A program made the translations under genes and the position numbers. This document shows, in pieces, positions 20,607-30,413 of a stretch of 64,000 nucleotides of DNA (its first letter is position 1; the number at the start of each line of letters is the position of its first letter). The notes beneath the pieces were generated by a model. The model did not search any database. It was not told the DNA's origin and worked only from the letters and a program-made list of their open reading frames with translations. This DNA comes from a bacterium (GTDB lineage: Bacteria; SZUA-182; DTGQ01; JAFGSM01): positions 1-64,000 of the forward strand of contig JBLIRO010000018.1 of NCBI GenBank assembly GCA_049472335.1. The letters run 5' to 3'.

Positions 20607-21272
20607 ATGAATATTATTCTTGTTGGCGGGGGAAAAGTAGGATACTTTCTTGCAAAATCTTTGATTAAAGACCATCATCATTGTGTATTGATAGAGAAGG
20701 ACCCTTCCATCTGCCAAAAAATAGCAACTGATCTGAAAATAACCGTTATCAATGGGGATGCTTGTGAAGGGAAGGTGCTCGAAGACGCAGGTATTGCCAG
20801 GGCGGATGTTCTTGTCGCGATTACGGGCTCTGATGCGGATAATCTGGTAGCCTGTCAACTGGCAAAGCAATTTTTCAGGATCAAGCGTACCCTTGCCAGA
20901 GTGAATGATCCGCAAAATGAAAGGCCTTTTTCTCAATTAGGGGTGGATGTCCCGATCAACAGCACATCTATTTTAACAAAGATCATTGAAGAAGAGGCCA
21001 CATTGAGCGATCTCGTCACGCTTTTCAGCTTCAAACGGGGCAAATTATCCGTGGTAAGGGTTTCTTTGACAGAAAACTCACCGGTAGCAAATAAAAGCCT
21101 GCAGGAGATCCATCTACCGGTCAATTCAGTTCTGGTATCAATCTTGAGAGGTAATGAAATCATCATTCCAAAAGGAACGACTATCCTAAAACCCCAGGAC
21201 GATGTAGTCGCACTTACAATGATCGAAAATGAACGTGAACTTTTTAATATTTTAGTAGGCAAGATTGATTAG
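20607..21272 (+). CDS. trkA: TrkA/KtrA RCK potassium uptake regulatory subunit
   Basis: VGGGKVG, DADNL, ARVNDP, TrkA-C domain. Confidence 0.93.
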   Translation: MNIILVGGGKVGYFLAKSLIKDHHHCVLIEKDPSICQKIATDLKITVINGDACEGKVLEDAGIARADVLVAITGSDADNLVACQLAKQFFRIKRTLARVNDPQNERPFSQLGVDVPINSTSILTKIIEEEATLSDLVTLFSFKRGKLSVVRVSLTENSPVANKSLQEIHLPVNSVLVSILRGNEIIIPKGTTILKPQDDVVALTMIENERELFNILVGKID

Positions 21273-21290
21273 CTCATAAAAAGGGCAAAC

Positions 21291-21422
21291 ATGTGGAAAC
21301 AAAAACTCAAGATTAATATTTTTCATTCCCTTCGTGGAATGGTGGTTGAATGCCTGTTTTCAATTATTCTTATACTTTTAACGCTTTTTATTGCCTTCTT
21401 TTTTAAAATAGTATTATCTTGA
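21291..21422 (+). CDS. Small single-TM protein (43 aa) between trkA and trkH
   Basis: ATG after aaaggg; hydrophobic LFSIILILLTLFIAFFF; stop 1 nt before the trkH ATG. Confidence 0.55.
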   Translation: MWKQKLKINIFHSLRGMVVECLFSIILILLTLFIAFFFKIVLS

Positions 21423-21423
21423 T

Positions 21424-22926
21424 ATGTTTAAACCAATCCGTGCAGATTATGATACAATAGGTTACTATACAGGCAAGATTATCGTCGGCGTCGGCTTGCT
21501 TATGCTTATACCTATTGTTACTTCATGCCTTTTTAAAGAGTGGTCTGTAGTCCTGGATTTTTTAACAGGCCTTTCACTCTGTTTCATCGTCGGATTCGGA
21601 TTGCAGATTTTGACATCCGCGAAAAAAGAGATCAACTGGGCACTTGGAATGGTTATCGCCTCCGTGTCCTGGTTCATCGCCACGTGCCTGGGGGCGATAC
21701 CTTCATGGTTAAGCGGACAATACGGATCTTTTTTAGACGCCTGTTTTGACGTTATGAGCGGATACACCACCACGGGTTTATATCTCATCCAGAATCTCAA
21801 CCATACCTCTCATGGACTCAATATGTGGCGTCATCTTCTTTCCTATGTGGGTGGACAGGGAATTATAGTTGTAGCTCTGACTTTCAGTATGAAAGGTTTT
21901 GCAGGCACCTACAGCCTTTACGCGGGTGAAGGAAAAGATGAACGACTTCTTCCCAATGTAATTCATACTGCCAGGGTTATATGGCTGATCAGCCTTACCT
22001 ATATGGGCGTGGGAACCCTTGTCCTGACCTTTACTATCCGTCTGGCCGGTATGGGATGGACAAAAAGTTTTCTGCACAGTCTTTGGTTGTTCATGGGATC
22101 ATGGAGTACTGGCGGATTCGCTCCGATGTCCCAAAACCTCATGTATTATCATTCCTCGCTCATTGAAATGATTACCTTGATAATATTCGTGGCAGGATCA
22201 TTGAATTTTGCCCTTCATTTCACATTATGGCATGTAAATTCCAAAGAGATCTTTGAAAATCTGGAAATTATCTCTTTTACATGCACTATCCTTATAGCCT
22301 CTTCATTTGTCCTTTTTGGTCTGGAACGTGCGGGAATATATCCCACGGTTCTGGCCACATGGAGAAGGGGATTTTATCAACTTGTTTCCGCGCACACAAC
22401 AACAGGCAATATGACCATCTATAGCACAACCTGGCTTAACGTATGGGAATTTCTCTCCTATTCAGGTATCATTATCGCTATGGCCATTGGAGGAAGCGCC
22501 TGTTCTACCGCAGGCGGATTCAAAAATTTAAGGATAGGGGTAATATTTACAAGCCTGGTAGAAGATATCAGGCGTCTAATTTCCCCGGAGTCTTCCGTAC
22601 TTGTTCAGCGGTTTCATCATATTAAAGATATTGTCCTGACAGATAAGTATATCAGAATGGCCATGTTGATCGTACTCTCCTATATTGGTCTATACTTAGC
22701 CTCTACTTTCATAGCTGTAACCGAAGGTTATCCCTTTTTGGAGGCCATGTTTGAAGGGATCTCTGCTGCCAGCAATACGGGTTTGAGCTGCGGACTTACC
22801 TCCCCTTCCATGCCGGCCCTGATAAAAGTAGTATATATATTTGCAATGTGGGCGGGCCGTCTTGAATTTATGGCCCTTTTTGCCTTATTTGGATTCATAG
22901 GCTGTATAATCTGGGGAACTAAATGA
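21424..22926 (+). CDS. trkH: TrkH potassium uptake membrane protein
   Basis: SGYTTTG, STGGF, HTTTG, STAGG, SNTGLS pore-loop motifs; GRLEF. Confidence 0.95.
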   Translation: MFKPIRADYDTIGYYTGKIIVGVGLLMLIPIVTSCLFKEWSVVLDFLTGLSLCFIVGFGLQILTSAKKEINWALGMVIASVSWFIATCLGAIPSWLSGQYGSFLDACFDVMSGYTTTGLYLIQNLNHTSHGLNMWRHLLSYVGGQGIIVVALTFSMKGFAGTYSLYAGEGKDERLLPNVIHTARVIWLISLTYMGVGTLVLTFTIRLAGMGWTKSFLHSLWLFMGSWSTGGFAPMSQNLMYYHSSLIEMITLIIFVAGSLNFALHFTLWHVNSKEIFENLEIISFTCTILIASSFVLFGLERAGIYPTVLATWRRGFYQLVSAHTTTGNMTIYSTTWLNVWEFLSYSGIIIAMAIGGSACSTAGGFKNLRIGVIFTSLVEDIRRLISPESSVLVQRFHHIKDIVLTDKYIRMAMLIVLSYIGLYLASTFIAVTEGYPFLEAMFEGISAASNTGLSCGLTSPSMPALIKVVYIFAMWAGRLEFMALFALFGFIGCIIWGTK

Positions 22927-23423
22927 TAAAAAAATACAGGTCAAAAATCTTAATAATTTCTCTCTTCTTATATATTATCCTGCCGTCTTATTATCCGGTA
23001 TTCGCGATTGCAAAAGAATATAAAATAAATCAGCTAATCCGGCAAATGAAAAAATTTAATGGATATAATGTTGAAATAAAAGGTGAAATTGTTGGAGATA
23101 TCATGAAACGCAAAAATGGTACATGGTTAAATATAGATGATGGAAGTGAAAGTATTGGCGTCTGGTATCAAAAACATAACCTGCCCAGGATAGATTTTAT
23201 TGGCGATTATAAATCAAAGGGTGACATTCTTTTGATAAGCGGAATTTTTAACAGTGCGTGTTCCGTTCATGGAGGAGAAACAGACATTCATGCAATGGAA
23301 ATAATCAAAGTTAAAAAAGGCCATCCCATACATCACCCCATATCACCAGAAAAGATCAAATGGACTCTGATATTGATAGCATTCTCAATTGCCACCATAG
23401 GTATATACTGGTGGAGGAAATGA
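22923..23423 (+). CDS. Membrane-anchored OB-fold-like protein
   Basis: Overlaps the trkH stop; GEIVGD..WLNIDD..IGVW..GD..G.F..AC..HGG; terminal TM segments. Confidence 0.7.
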   Translation: MIKKYRSKILIISLFLYIILPSYYPVFAIAKEYKINQLIRQMKKFNGYNVEIKGEIVGDIMKRKNGTWLNIDDGSESIGVWYQKHNLPRIDFIGDYKSKGDILLISGIFNSACSVHGGETDIHAMEIIKVKKGHPIHHPISPEKIKWTLILIAFSIATIGIYWWRK

Positions 23424-23490
23424 ATCATATACTATTTTCAACCTGCTTCACCAGATACCATTATTCGGCAACCACTTCCGGCATGTTTCA

Positions 23491-23973
23491 CTAGAGGCTT
23501 ATCTTTGGCACCCACCTCCCCGTCCTTTTTTTATAATTTATATATTCCTCTCCAAATCGTTCCTGGAGAAGTTTTTCCTCATAACCAGCTATATAATTAT
23601 AAAAAACGCATATTACCACCAGCAAAGTCAGTGAGAAAAGCGAAGCAGTTGCAGCAGCCATACCAAAATAAAATAAGATGCTTCCTAAATAAAGGGGGTG
23701 CCTGACATATCGAAAGGCCCCGCTCGACAGAACACCTGCAGCACATTGGTTATGCCTGGTTGCGACATGACCCGATTTGGCAAGGGAAAAAGCAGTGACA
23801 AGTGAAAGGCCCAAAATGATCATCCTTATATACCAAGTCACATAATTCGACAAGAAAGTAGATTTTTCTAAGAAAAAAGAATCTCCCACCCAAACGAAAA
23901 GGAACAAACCAAGCAATATTAGCTGGCCGGCATCACCGAAAGGGTGTTCCCCATTTTTTCCAAAGCTTTTCAT
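23491..23973 (-). CDS. Isoprenylcysteine carboxylmethyltransferase/PEMT family membrane protein
   Basis: GAFRYVRHPLY, EEKLL..RFGEEY. Confidence 0.9.
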   Translation of the reverse strand: MKSFGKNGEHPFGDAGQLILLGLFLFVWVGDSFFLEKSTFLSNYVTWYIRMIILGLSLVTAFSLAKSGHVATRHNQCAAGVLSSGAFRYVRHPLYLGSILFYFGMAAATASLFSLTLLVVICVFYNYIAGYEEKLLQERFGEEYINYKKRTGRWVPKISL

Positions 23974-24209
23974 CTGGTGCCTCCAAACCTTATTTAATTT
24001 TAATATAATTCTGTCTAATTTAAGTATATTAAGTATATATTAAACATAAAAAGGTTCAATCCCAAAACTAGAATTACTAAAATCATTCAATATCTGCATT
24101 AAACAATATTTCAGTTTTTAATTCCTTGTCAAAGCAACCCAATTATCATACAAGAATTATTGTGTTTGTAATGATTATCTTGACCAAAATGATTCTTTAT
24201 GTTAAGTTC

Positions 24210-24227
24210 ATATAGCCGTTTGGTTAT
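24210..24227. promoter_or_regulatory. Candidate ArsR operator (second copy, inverted, at 24609-24626)
   Basis: atatagccgtttggttat matches the reverse complement of 24609-24626 at 16/18. Confidence 0.55.
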
Positions 24228-24239
24228 TTAAATTAAAGG

Positions 24240-24590
24240 ATGATTATTATGGAAATCCTGGATAGAACATTAAAGGCCCTTGCTGATAAAAACAGATTAA
24301 GGATTTTAAAATTATTGGAAAAGAAAAAAATGTGTGTCTGCGAACTTGCCTATATTTTAGGAATAGCACAGCCAAGTGTATCAAAACATCTCAAAAAACT
24401 TATATCAGCCGGTTTAATTGAGAGGGAACAGGATGGTTTTTGGACGAATTATTATCTTAAGAAAGATAATCAGTATAGTAAAGCCTTACTTAGAAATCTT
24501 AAACTATGGCTTAATGAGGATGAAACCATAAAAGAAGATTTAAAAAAGGCAAAAAAAGCCAACAGGGCTGAATTATTCTCAAAAAGGTAA
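24240..24590 (+). CDS. arsR: ArsR/SmtB transcriptional repressor
   Basis: KALADKNRLRIL, MCVCEL, QPSVSKHL. Confidence 0.93.
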   Translation: MIIMEILDRTLKALADKNRLRILKLLEKKKMCVCELAYILGIAQPSVSKHLKKLISAGLIEREQDGFWTNYYLKKDNQYSKALLRNLKLWLNEDETIKEDLKKAKKANRAELFSKR

Positions 24591-24709
24591 TTTTTTTGTC
24601 TAAAACATATAACCAAAAAGCTATATAGCTGATCAAAAAGTAATAAAAAAAAGGTTCAGTTACAAATTAACCGGATGAACCAAACAAATAAATAGGGAAA
24701 CAACAAATA

Positions 24710-26008
24710 ATGGATTGGAAAAAAGAATGGAAACCTTTAGTAATTATCATAGCTTCATTTCTTGCCTGTTTTTATATCCCGGCAGGATGGGGCCGGTTTG
24801 AAAATGCGATAATTGAGGCATTGCAGCTTGTTAAATGGTATGCACGGGAACACGTGCTTCTATGTCTCGTCCCCGCCTTTTTTATTGCCGGAGCGATTGC
24901 AGTTTTTATCAGCCAGGCTTCGGTAATGAAATACCTGGGGGCCAGGGCCAATAAAGTGCTGTCATATGGGGTTGCTTCAGTATCTGGAACTATTTTGGCC
25001 GTTTGCTCATGTACGGTACTTCCCTTATTTGCCGGGATTTATAGTATGGGAGCCGGCATTGGCCCGGCTACGGCATTTCTCTACTCCGGGCCTGCCATCA
25101 ATATCTTAGCTATCATTCTAACCGCCCGTGTTTTAGGAGCAGAGATCGGAATTGCCCGTGCCGCAGGAGCAGTGGTTTTTAGTATAATTATAGGGCTCTG
25201 TATGCATTTTATCTTCCGAGATGAAGAGATAGCCAAAGCAAACGCCCAGGCAGCAATGCCGGAACCTGAGGTTACCAAGCCCCTCTGGCAGAATATCATT
25301 TACTTTGCAACCATGATAGGAATACTCGTTTTTGCCAATCTGGGAAAATGTCAGGGAAAATCAGGGTTATGGTATTTGACATATTCCAATAAATGGAGGA
25401 TTACAGCTTTTTTTGCTGTTTTATTTGCCTTTGTTCTTGTCAGATGGTTTGCTCTAAAATGGTGGGAAGTCCTTTTTGCTGCCCTTCCATCTATAGGTCT
25501 TGGCTTAATCTTCCCTAAAATTCCGGAATTGTCTGTTACTGCCGGTATTATTGGTTTGTCAGTGATAACCTGTACCAAGGAAAATGAAATGGGGGATTGG
25601 TTCAGCTCGACCTGGGGCTTCACCAAACAGATACTTCCCCTGCTTTTAATCGGTGTTCTGATTTCGGGATTTCTCCTTGGAAGGCCAGGACATGAGGGAC
25701 TTATCCCTTCTCAATGGGTAAGCAGCCTTGTCGGAGGCAACTCCTTATTTTCAAACCTGTTTGCATCTATTGTAGGGGCTTTTATGTATTTTGCAACCCT
25801 GACGGAAATCCCTATTCTGGAGGCCCTTATGGGGGCAGGGATGGGGAAAGGCCCCGCGCTCGCTCTTTTGCTCGCGGGACCGGCATTATCACTCCCAAGC
25901 ATGCTTGTTATTAAAAGTGTTATGGGCACTAAAAAGACTTTGATATTTGTGTCTTTAGTAGTTATTATGGCAACCATTACGGGGATGCTATACGGTTTTA
26001 TTTTTTAA
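24710..26008 (+). CDS. arsP: ArsP-family (DUF318) permease
   Basis: VCSCTVLP, YFATLTEIP, LLAGPALSLP. Confidence 0.9.
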   Translation: MDWKKEWKPLVIIIASFLACFYIPAGWGRFENAIIEALQLVKWYAREHVLLCLVPAFFIAGAIAVFISQASVMKYLGARANKVLSYGVASVSGTILAVCSCTVLPLFAGIYSMGAGIGPATAFLYSGPAINILAIILTARVLGAEIGIARAAGAVVFSIIIGLCMHFIFRDEEIAKANAQAAMPEPEVTKPLWQNIIYFATMIGILVFANLGKCQGKSGLWYLTYSNKWRITAFFAVLFAFVLVRWFALKWWEVLFAALPSIGLGLIFPKIPELSVTAGIIGLSVITCTKENEMGDWFSSTWGFTKQILPLLLIGVLISGFLLGRPGHEGLIPSQWVSSLVGGNSLFSNLFASIVGAFMYFATLTEIPILEALMGAGMGKGPALALLLAGPALSLPSMLVIKSVMGTKKTLIFVSLVVIMATITGMLYGFIF

Positions 26009-26027
26009 AGAACAGGAGGTATGAAAA

Positions 26028-26270
26028 TTGAAAATAGAGATATTAGGCACGGGATGCCCTAAATGTAAAAAATTATACGAACTTGTTCAGGAAGCTGTAA
26101 AGGAAACTGGAAGCAATGCGGAAGTAGTAAAGGTAGAAGATATCCAACATATAATGAATATGGGAGTTATGATGACACCCGCCTTGGTAATTGACGGAGA
26201 AGTTAAAACAACAGGGAAAATACCTAAAATTGATGATATTGAAAAGTGGATACAAAAACCGGGGTCCTGA
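26028..26270 (+). CDS. MTH895/ArsE-type small thioredoxin-like protein
   Basis: KIEILGTGCPKC, GVMMTPALVIDG. Confidence 0.9.
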   Translation: MKIEILGTGCPKCKKLYELVQEAVKETGSNAEVVKVEDIQHIMNMGVMMTPALVIDGEVKTTGKIPKIDDIEKWIQKPGS

Positions 26271-26356
26271 TATAAGCTTATCTTATATCTTCATTATCTT
26301 GTCATGGTTTATATGTTATCGCTCAAAAAACCATCCCTATTGGGAAATATACAAAA

Positions 26357-26565
26357 TTGACGGATTCGTAAAAAATTATTTGTAATCTTGGGGCCTTTTT
26401 TTAATACCAGACACTCGCTTCTCTGTGCTAATGGTTTTTAGTAAAAAATTACAATGTACTTTTTCAATTACTTTTTACTAGTAAGTCAATGCAACAATAA
26501 AAATCTAGAACGTTAAATAAAATCGGCTTTTTCTTAACATTTTAAAACTTTTACGGATTTGTCAA
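26357..26565. mobile_element. Possible MITE-like element bounded by 17-bp imperfect inverted repeats
   Basis: ttgacggattcgtaaaa ... ttttacggatttgtcaa (14/17; the 3 mismatches are G-U pairs); non-coding insert within the ars cluster. Confidence 0.45.
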
Positions 26566-26586
26566 GGTTAAGAAAGGAAATACATA

Positions 26587-27090
26587 ATGACAGCTTTCAA
26601 ATTATTTAAACGGGGATTATTCATATTAACTCTATTATTTCTTTTAACATCTATTATCATTATCTCTATACCAAAAATATCAAACTCTGCCCACAAAAAA
26701 GGTAGTTCTCCTGAACAAGATACTGTCACACAGACAACTGAGAAGGGATCTAATAAAGTAATAGTTTACTATTTTCATAGCAATTTTCGCTGCTATTCCT
26801 GTAAATTAATCGAGCAATATACCAGAGAAGCTATTGAAAAATATTTTATAGAGAAAATGAAATCAGGGATCCTTGAGTTTAAGCCTGTCAATATTGATGA
26901 AAAAGAAAATAAACACTTTATTAAAGATTATCAGCTTTATACTAAATCCGTAGTGGTCTCATTGATCAAAGGAGGAAAGGAACAATCCTTTAAAAATCTG
27001 GAAAAGGTCTGGCAGTATTTAAAGAATAGGGACAAATTTCTTAATTATATCAAGGAAGAAACAGAGAAAATTTTTAAGGAGAGCGAGTGA
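26587..27090 (+). CDS. ArsF-like thioredoxin-fold protein
   Basis: VYYFHSNFRCYSC motif; N-terminal TM; ars context. Confidence 0.8.
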   Translation: MTAFKLFKRGLFILTLLFLLTSIIIISIPKISNSAHKKGSSPEQDTVTQTTEKGSNKVIVYYFHSNFRCYSCKLIEQYTREAIEKYFIEKMKSGILEFKPVNIDEKENKHFIKDYQLYTKSVVVSLIKGGKEQSFKNLEKVWQYLKNRDKFLNYIKEETEKIFKESE

Positions 27091-27782
27091 ACGAAATTAT
27101 ATTTGCAATTGGCTCATCTCTTTGGTTTGGGATATTAACTTCCATTAGCCCTTGCCCCTTGGCTACCAATATCGCTGCTGTTTCTTATTTATCGAAAAGA
27201 ATAGCCCATTTAAAAAAAGTTATACTTGCAAGCCTTGCTTACACTTTTGGCAGGATGTTTGCCTATACAATTTTGGGAATATTTCTTATCCATTCATTGC
27301 TCAGCATCCCCATGGTTGCCCAAATCTTACAGGCATATTTAAACAAGGCCCTTGGACCAATCTTGTTTATTGTCGGTCTGTTTTTATTGGATATTATAAA
27401 AATAAATATTTCATCCTTCAGTTTGTCCAACGAAAAAATTGAATATCTTGCCAATTCAGGAGCCATAGGTTCATTTGGATTAGGCGTTATTTTTGCTTTA
27501 TCATTCTGTCCTATTTCTGCAGCTTTATTTTTTGGCAGCTTAATCCCGTTATCCCTACAAAATAGATTTGGGTCCATATTGCCGCTTTTTTACGGTTTAG
27601 GTACAGCCTTACCTGTCTTATTCTTTGCTGTTGCAATTGCTTTTGGACTGAAGTCATTAACAAAATGGTTTAAAAGAATAAACAGAGTTGAATATTTCGC
27701 TAGAAAAATTACAGGTATTATTTTTGTTCTTGCCGGATTATATTATCTTTGGGCTTATATAGGAAGAAATATTATCAAATAA
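27087..27782 (+). CDS. ArsG-like (DsbD/CcdA-type) membrane protein
   Basis: SISPCPLATNIAA, ALSFCP; overlaps the previous stop. Confidence 0.85.
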   Translation: MNEIIFAIGSSLWFGILTSISPCPLATNIAAVSYLSKRIAHLKKVILASLAYTFGRMFAYTILGIFLIHSLLSIPMVAQILQAYLNKALGPILFIVGLFLLDIIKINISSFSLSNEKIEYLANSGAIGSFGLGVIFALSFCPISAALFFGSLIPLSLQNRFGSILPLFYGLGTALPVLFFAVAIAFGLKSLTKWFKRINRVEYFARKITGIIFVLAGLYYLWAYIGRNIIK

Positions 27783-28462
27783 GACAATTAAATAAATTTT
27801 TTGTATTTATCAAGTATCTGGCAACTTGCAGCTAACATCGGTAAGCTTCACCTTCTTTGCATATTTTGTGACATTTCACCGTCTTTCTTGACATATAGAG
27901 GCCACTTATAATTACCATTGATTTGAGTGATTTTCAAGAGAGCTTGTTAACTATACCGGATAGAGTCCTGATGATGTTCATTTAATTTGCATCTGCAATA
28001 TTTTCTCTAATGCCTACTATTGCTGGATTTTTAATGTAAAATCCTTTCTGATTTCTTTATCGGAAGAATTGATATAGATCATATTTCATCTCTGGAAAAA
28101 CCTCGTGGAATATGATTCCTATTTTGATATTTATAATAAAAATTTGCTTTATCTCCTTTCAGCAGATTAGGCATTTATATGCATACATTATCAGATGAAT
28201 AAATAGTGTATTCGTAGAAATTAATCTCTGTGGGAGGAATAACATCCATATTCCTCCGAAAAAAACAGAAAATGGTTATTTAACCTGATTAACCTTTAAA
28301 CTAATAAACTACTTCCGTCTTCTATATTAGCGTACCCTATATTAGCTAACTCCGTCCCCTATATTAGTCTTTGAAAAATATAAATTAAATACAGCTAATT
28401 TAATATTTTTATTGACAAAAAGCACTATAAGTGATATTTTTATAAAAGGTGGTAGTATCCTC

Positions 28463-29746
28463 ATGAGCAAAAAACATCTATTTATATTTCTGATAATCAG
28501 TGTTGCCGTTTTTATATTCATAAATTTTGGGATTGTTTTAACTTCAGCGTTCAGTCAGGTTCAGGAAGCGGAGGATGCCGGCCCGGTTGACGTTGGTGTT
28601 TTGGGCCTCACAAATCTTGTTGCCGAAGGCAGCCTTTCCTCGGTTGGAAACAATGGTGAAGACTACACCGGCGAGGTCGATTGGTATATCTTTACATCAG
28701 CAATCGATACCAATGTAACTATCACCCTGAGCTTCGATTTCGGAAATGACTACGATCTATTTCTATATGATGCCAATGGTTCGATATTGTTTGATGATTT
28801 AATTGATGACAATCCAGAAATATTGACTTATTATTTGTCAGTCTCCGCTACATACCTCATCTCTGTTGCGGGTTGGGAGGGGTCACCGGGAAGCTATACA
28901 CTTACTATCAGTCCTGAAAATGACGGGCCGCCTGTGCCGCCTGCCCCTGTCGAATTGGAATTCACGGACCTAACCACTGAGGGCCACCTCTCCTCGGTTG
29001 GAAACAATGGCGAAGACTACACCGGCGAGATTGACTGGTATGTCTTTACTCCCTTAGTTCCAGCCATTGCCACCATCACCCTGAGCTTCGATCCCGGCAA
29101 TGACTATGATCTATATCTATATGATGCCAATGGTTTGATGACACTTGAAGGTTCAGTTGATTACAATCCCGAAATATTGATTCATGAGGTGACGGCATTC
29201 ACCCCATACCTCATCTGTGTTGCGGGCTGGGCAGGATCACCGGGGGATTACACCCTGACTATCAGCCCGGAAGAAGTGGAAATACCCGCTGAGATGAACC
29301 TGCCTAAAGGCTGGAGCATGATTTCACTACCGGTAAGACCGGATAGCCTGAAATTGTCCGAATTATTCCCTGGCGCGGTTGTTGTTTATGGTTTTACAAA
29401 AGGAAAGGGATATGTCCGTGTGTCGGTGGGAGAGGATATGAAGATTGGGAAGGGATATTGGATATTTTTGAATGACGCTCGTAAATATACATTAACAGGC
29501 CGGTCCATAAATGAATTTAATTTTCGGGTTTACGAGGACGGATGGGATATGATCGGCGGGTGCACATCTCCATCTCGTGCTTTGGCTACCAATGGCGAGA
29601 TTGTAGTGATATACAGATTTGTTCAGGGATTGGGATACCGACGCGTCTCTGAATCAGAGAATATGGAGGCTGGCGGGGGATTCTGGATAATGTACAATAA
29701 TGTAATGAATCAGTGTGAGCTTAAGGTTAAGGTCACGGATCCTTAG
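28463..29746 (+). CDS. Secreted protein with two tandem PPC-like beta-sandwich domains
   Basis: Signal peptide; duplicated DWY.F...DYDL.LYD...GxYTLTI unit (354-nt offset); C-terminal GWSMISLP...GKGYWI domain. Confidence 0.8.
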   Translation: MSKKHLFIFLIISVAVFIFINFGIVLTSAFSQVQEAEDAGPVDVGVLGLTNLVAEGSLSSVGNNGEDYTGEVDWYIFTSAIDTNVTITLSFDFGNDYDLFLYDANGSILFDDLIDDNPEILTYYLSVSATYLISVAGWEGSPGSYTLTISPENDGPPVPPAPVELEFTDLTTEGHLSSVGNNGEDYTGEIDWYVFTPLVPAIATITLSFDPGNDYDLYLYDANGLMTLEGSVDYNPEILIHEVTAFTPYLICVAGWAGSPGDYTLTISPEEVEIPAEMNLPKGWSMISLPVRPDSLKLSELFPGAVVVYGFTKGKGYVRVSVGEDMKIGKGYWIFLNDARKYTLTGRSINEFNFRVYEDGWDMIGGCTSPSRALATNGEIVVIYRFVQGLGYRRVSESENMEAGGGFWIMYNNVMNQCELKVKVTDP

Positions 29747-30413
29747 TCAGGTTTCGAATATGTAAGAATAAGAATTAAGAAAACGCATAACTTGTCGATT
29801 TATTGCTTTTTACACTATGATTAATTTTTATGAAATCAACAACTTTAATATTTAATTTATCAGTAATAAAACGTTTTTATAATACGTCATTTTAATATTG
29901 TATTATTTTATTAATATAATAGATTTGGATAATAAAAAAGGGAGGCATTTTAGAAATTTTTTAATAAATATGAAAAAAGAATATATTTTCTGACAAGCTA
30001 AGTAAAAGTTTATACACCCCGGTTTTCACATCTAATAAAATCATTGAATTCTTATATGTAAAGTATAATCTATTAAAAAATTGTACTTTTTTATAGAATT
30101 ATTTTTAACCAAATATAGCTCTCTAATAAAACAAATAGGAAGCAAATTCCCTATGGATTAAATCTTTCAACAATATAAAAATCTTCTTCAAAATATATCC
30201 TTAACGATAATTCAGTGTGAAAATTTTTTTACCCACAGATAGCACTAAGAACATAGAGAATCTAATGTTTAAAATTAATGACATTAATTTTACGGCATTG
30301 TATTCGTTAATTATGTTATTTAACAATAAAAAGGGGGTTACAACATGATAAATGAGCTTTAAAGATCCTTAATTAACAACTCTAAATCAATTATATTTAA
30401 AGGAGCAGTTATT

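Noticed and set aside
26021..26062. Frameshift at the start of the thioredoxin-like gene (ATG frame also reads MKIE)
   Set aside because: The ATG abuts the SD with no spacer; TTG 26028 is correctly spaced and gives the intact protein
27850..28251. Degraded minus-strand gene after a ggagga RBS
   Set aside because: Multiple stops and no recognisable family; cannot be supported
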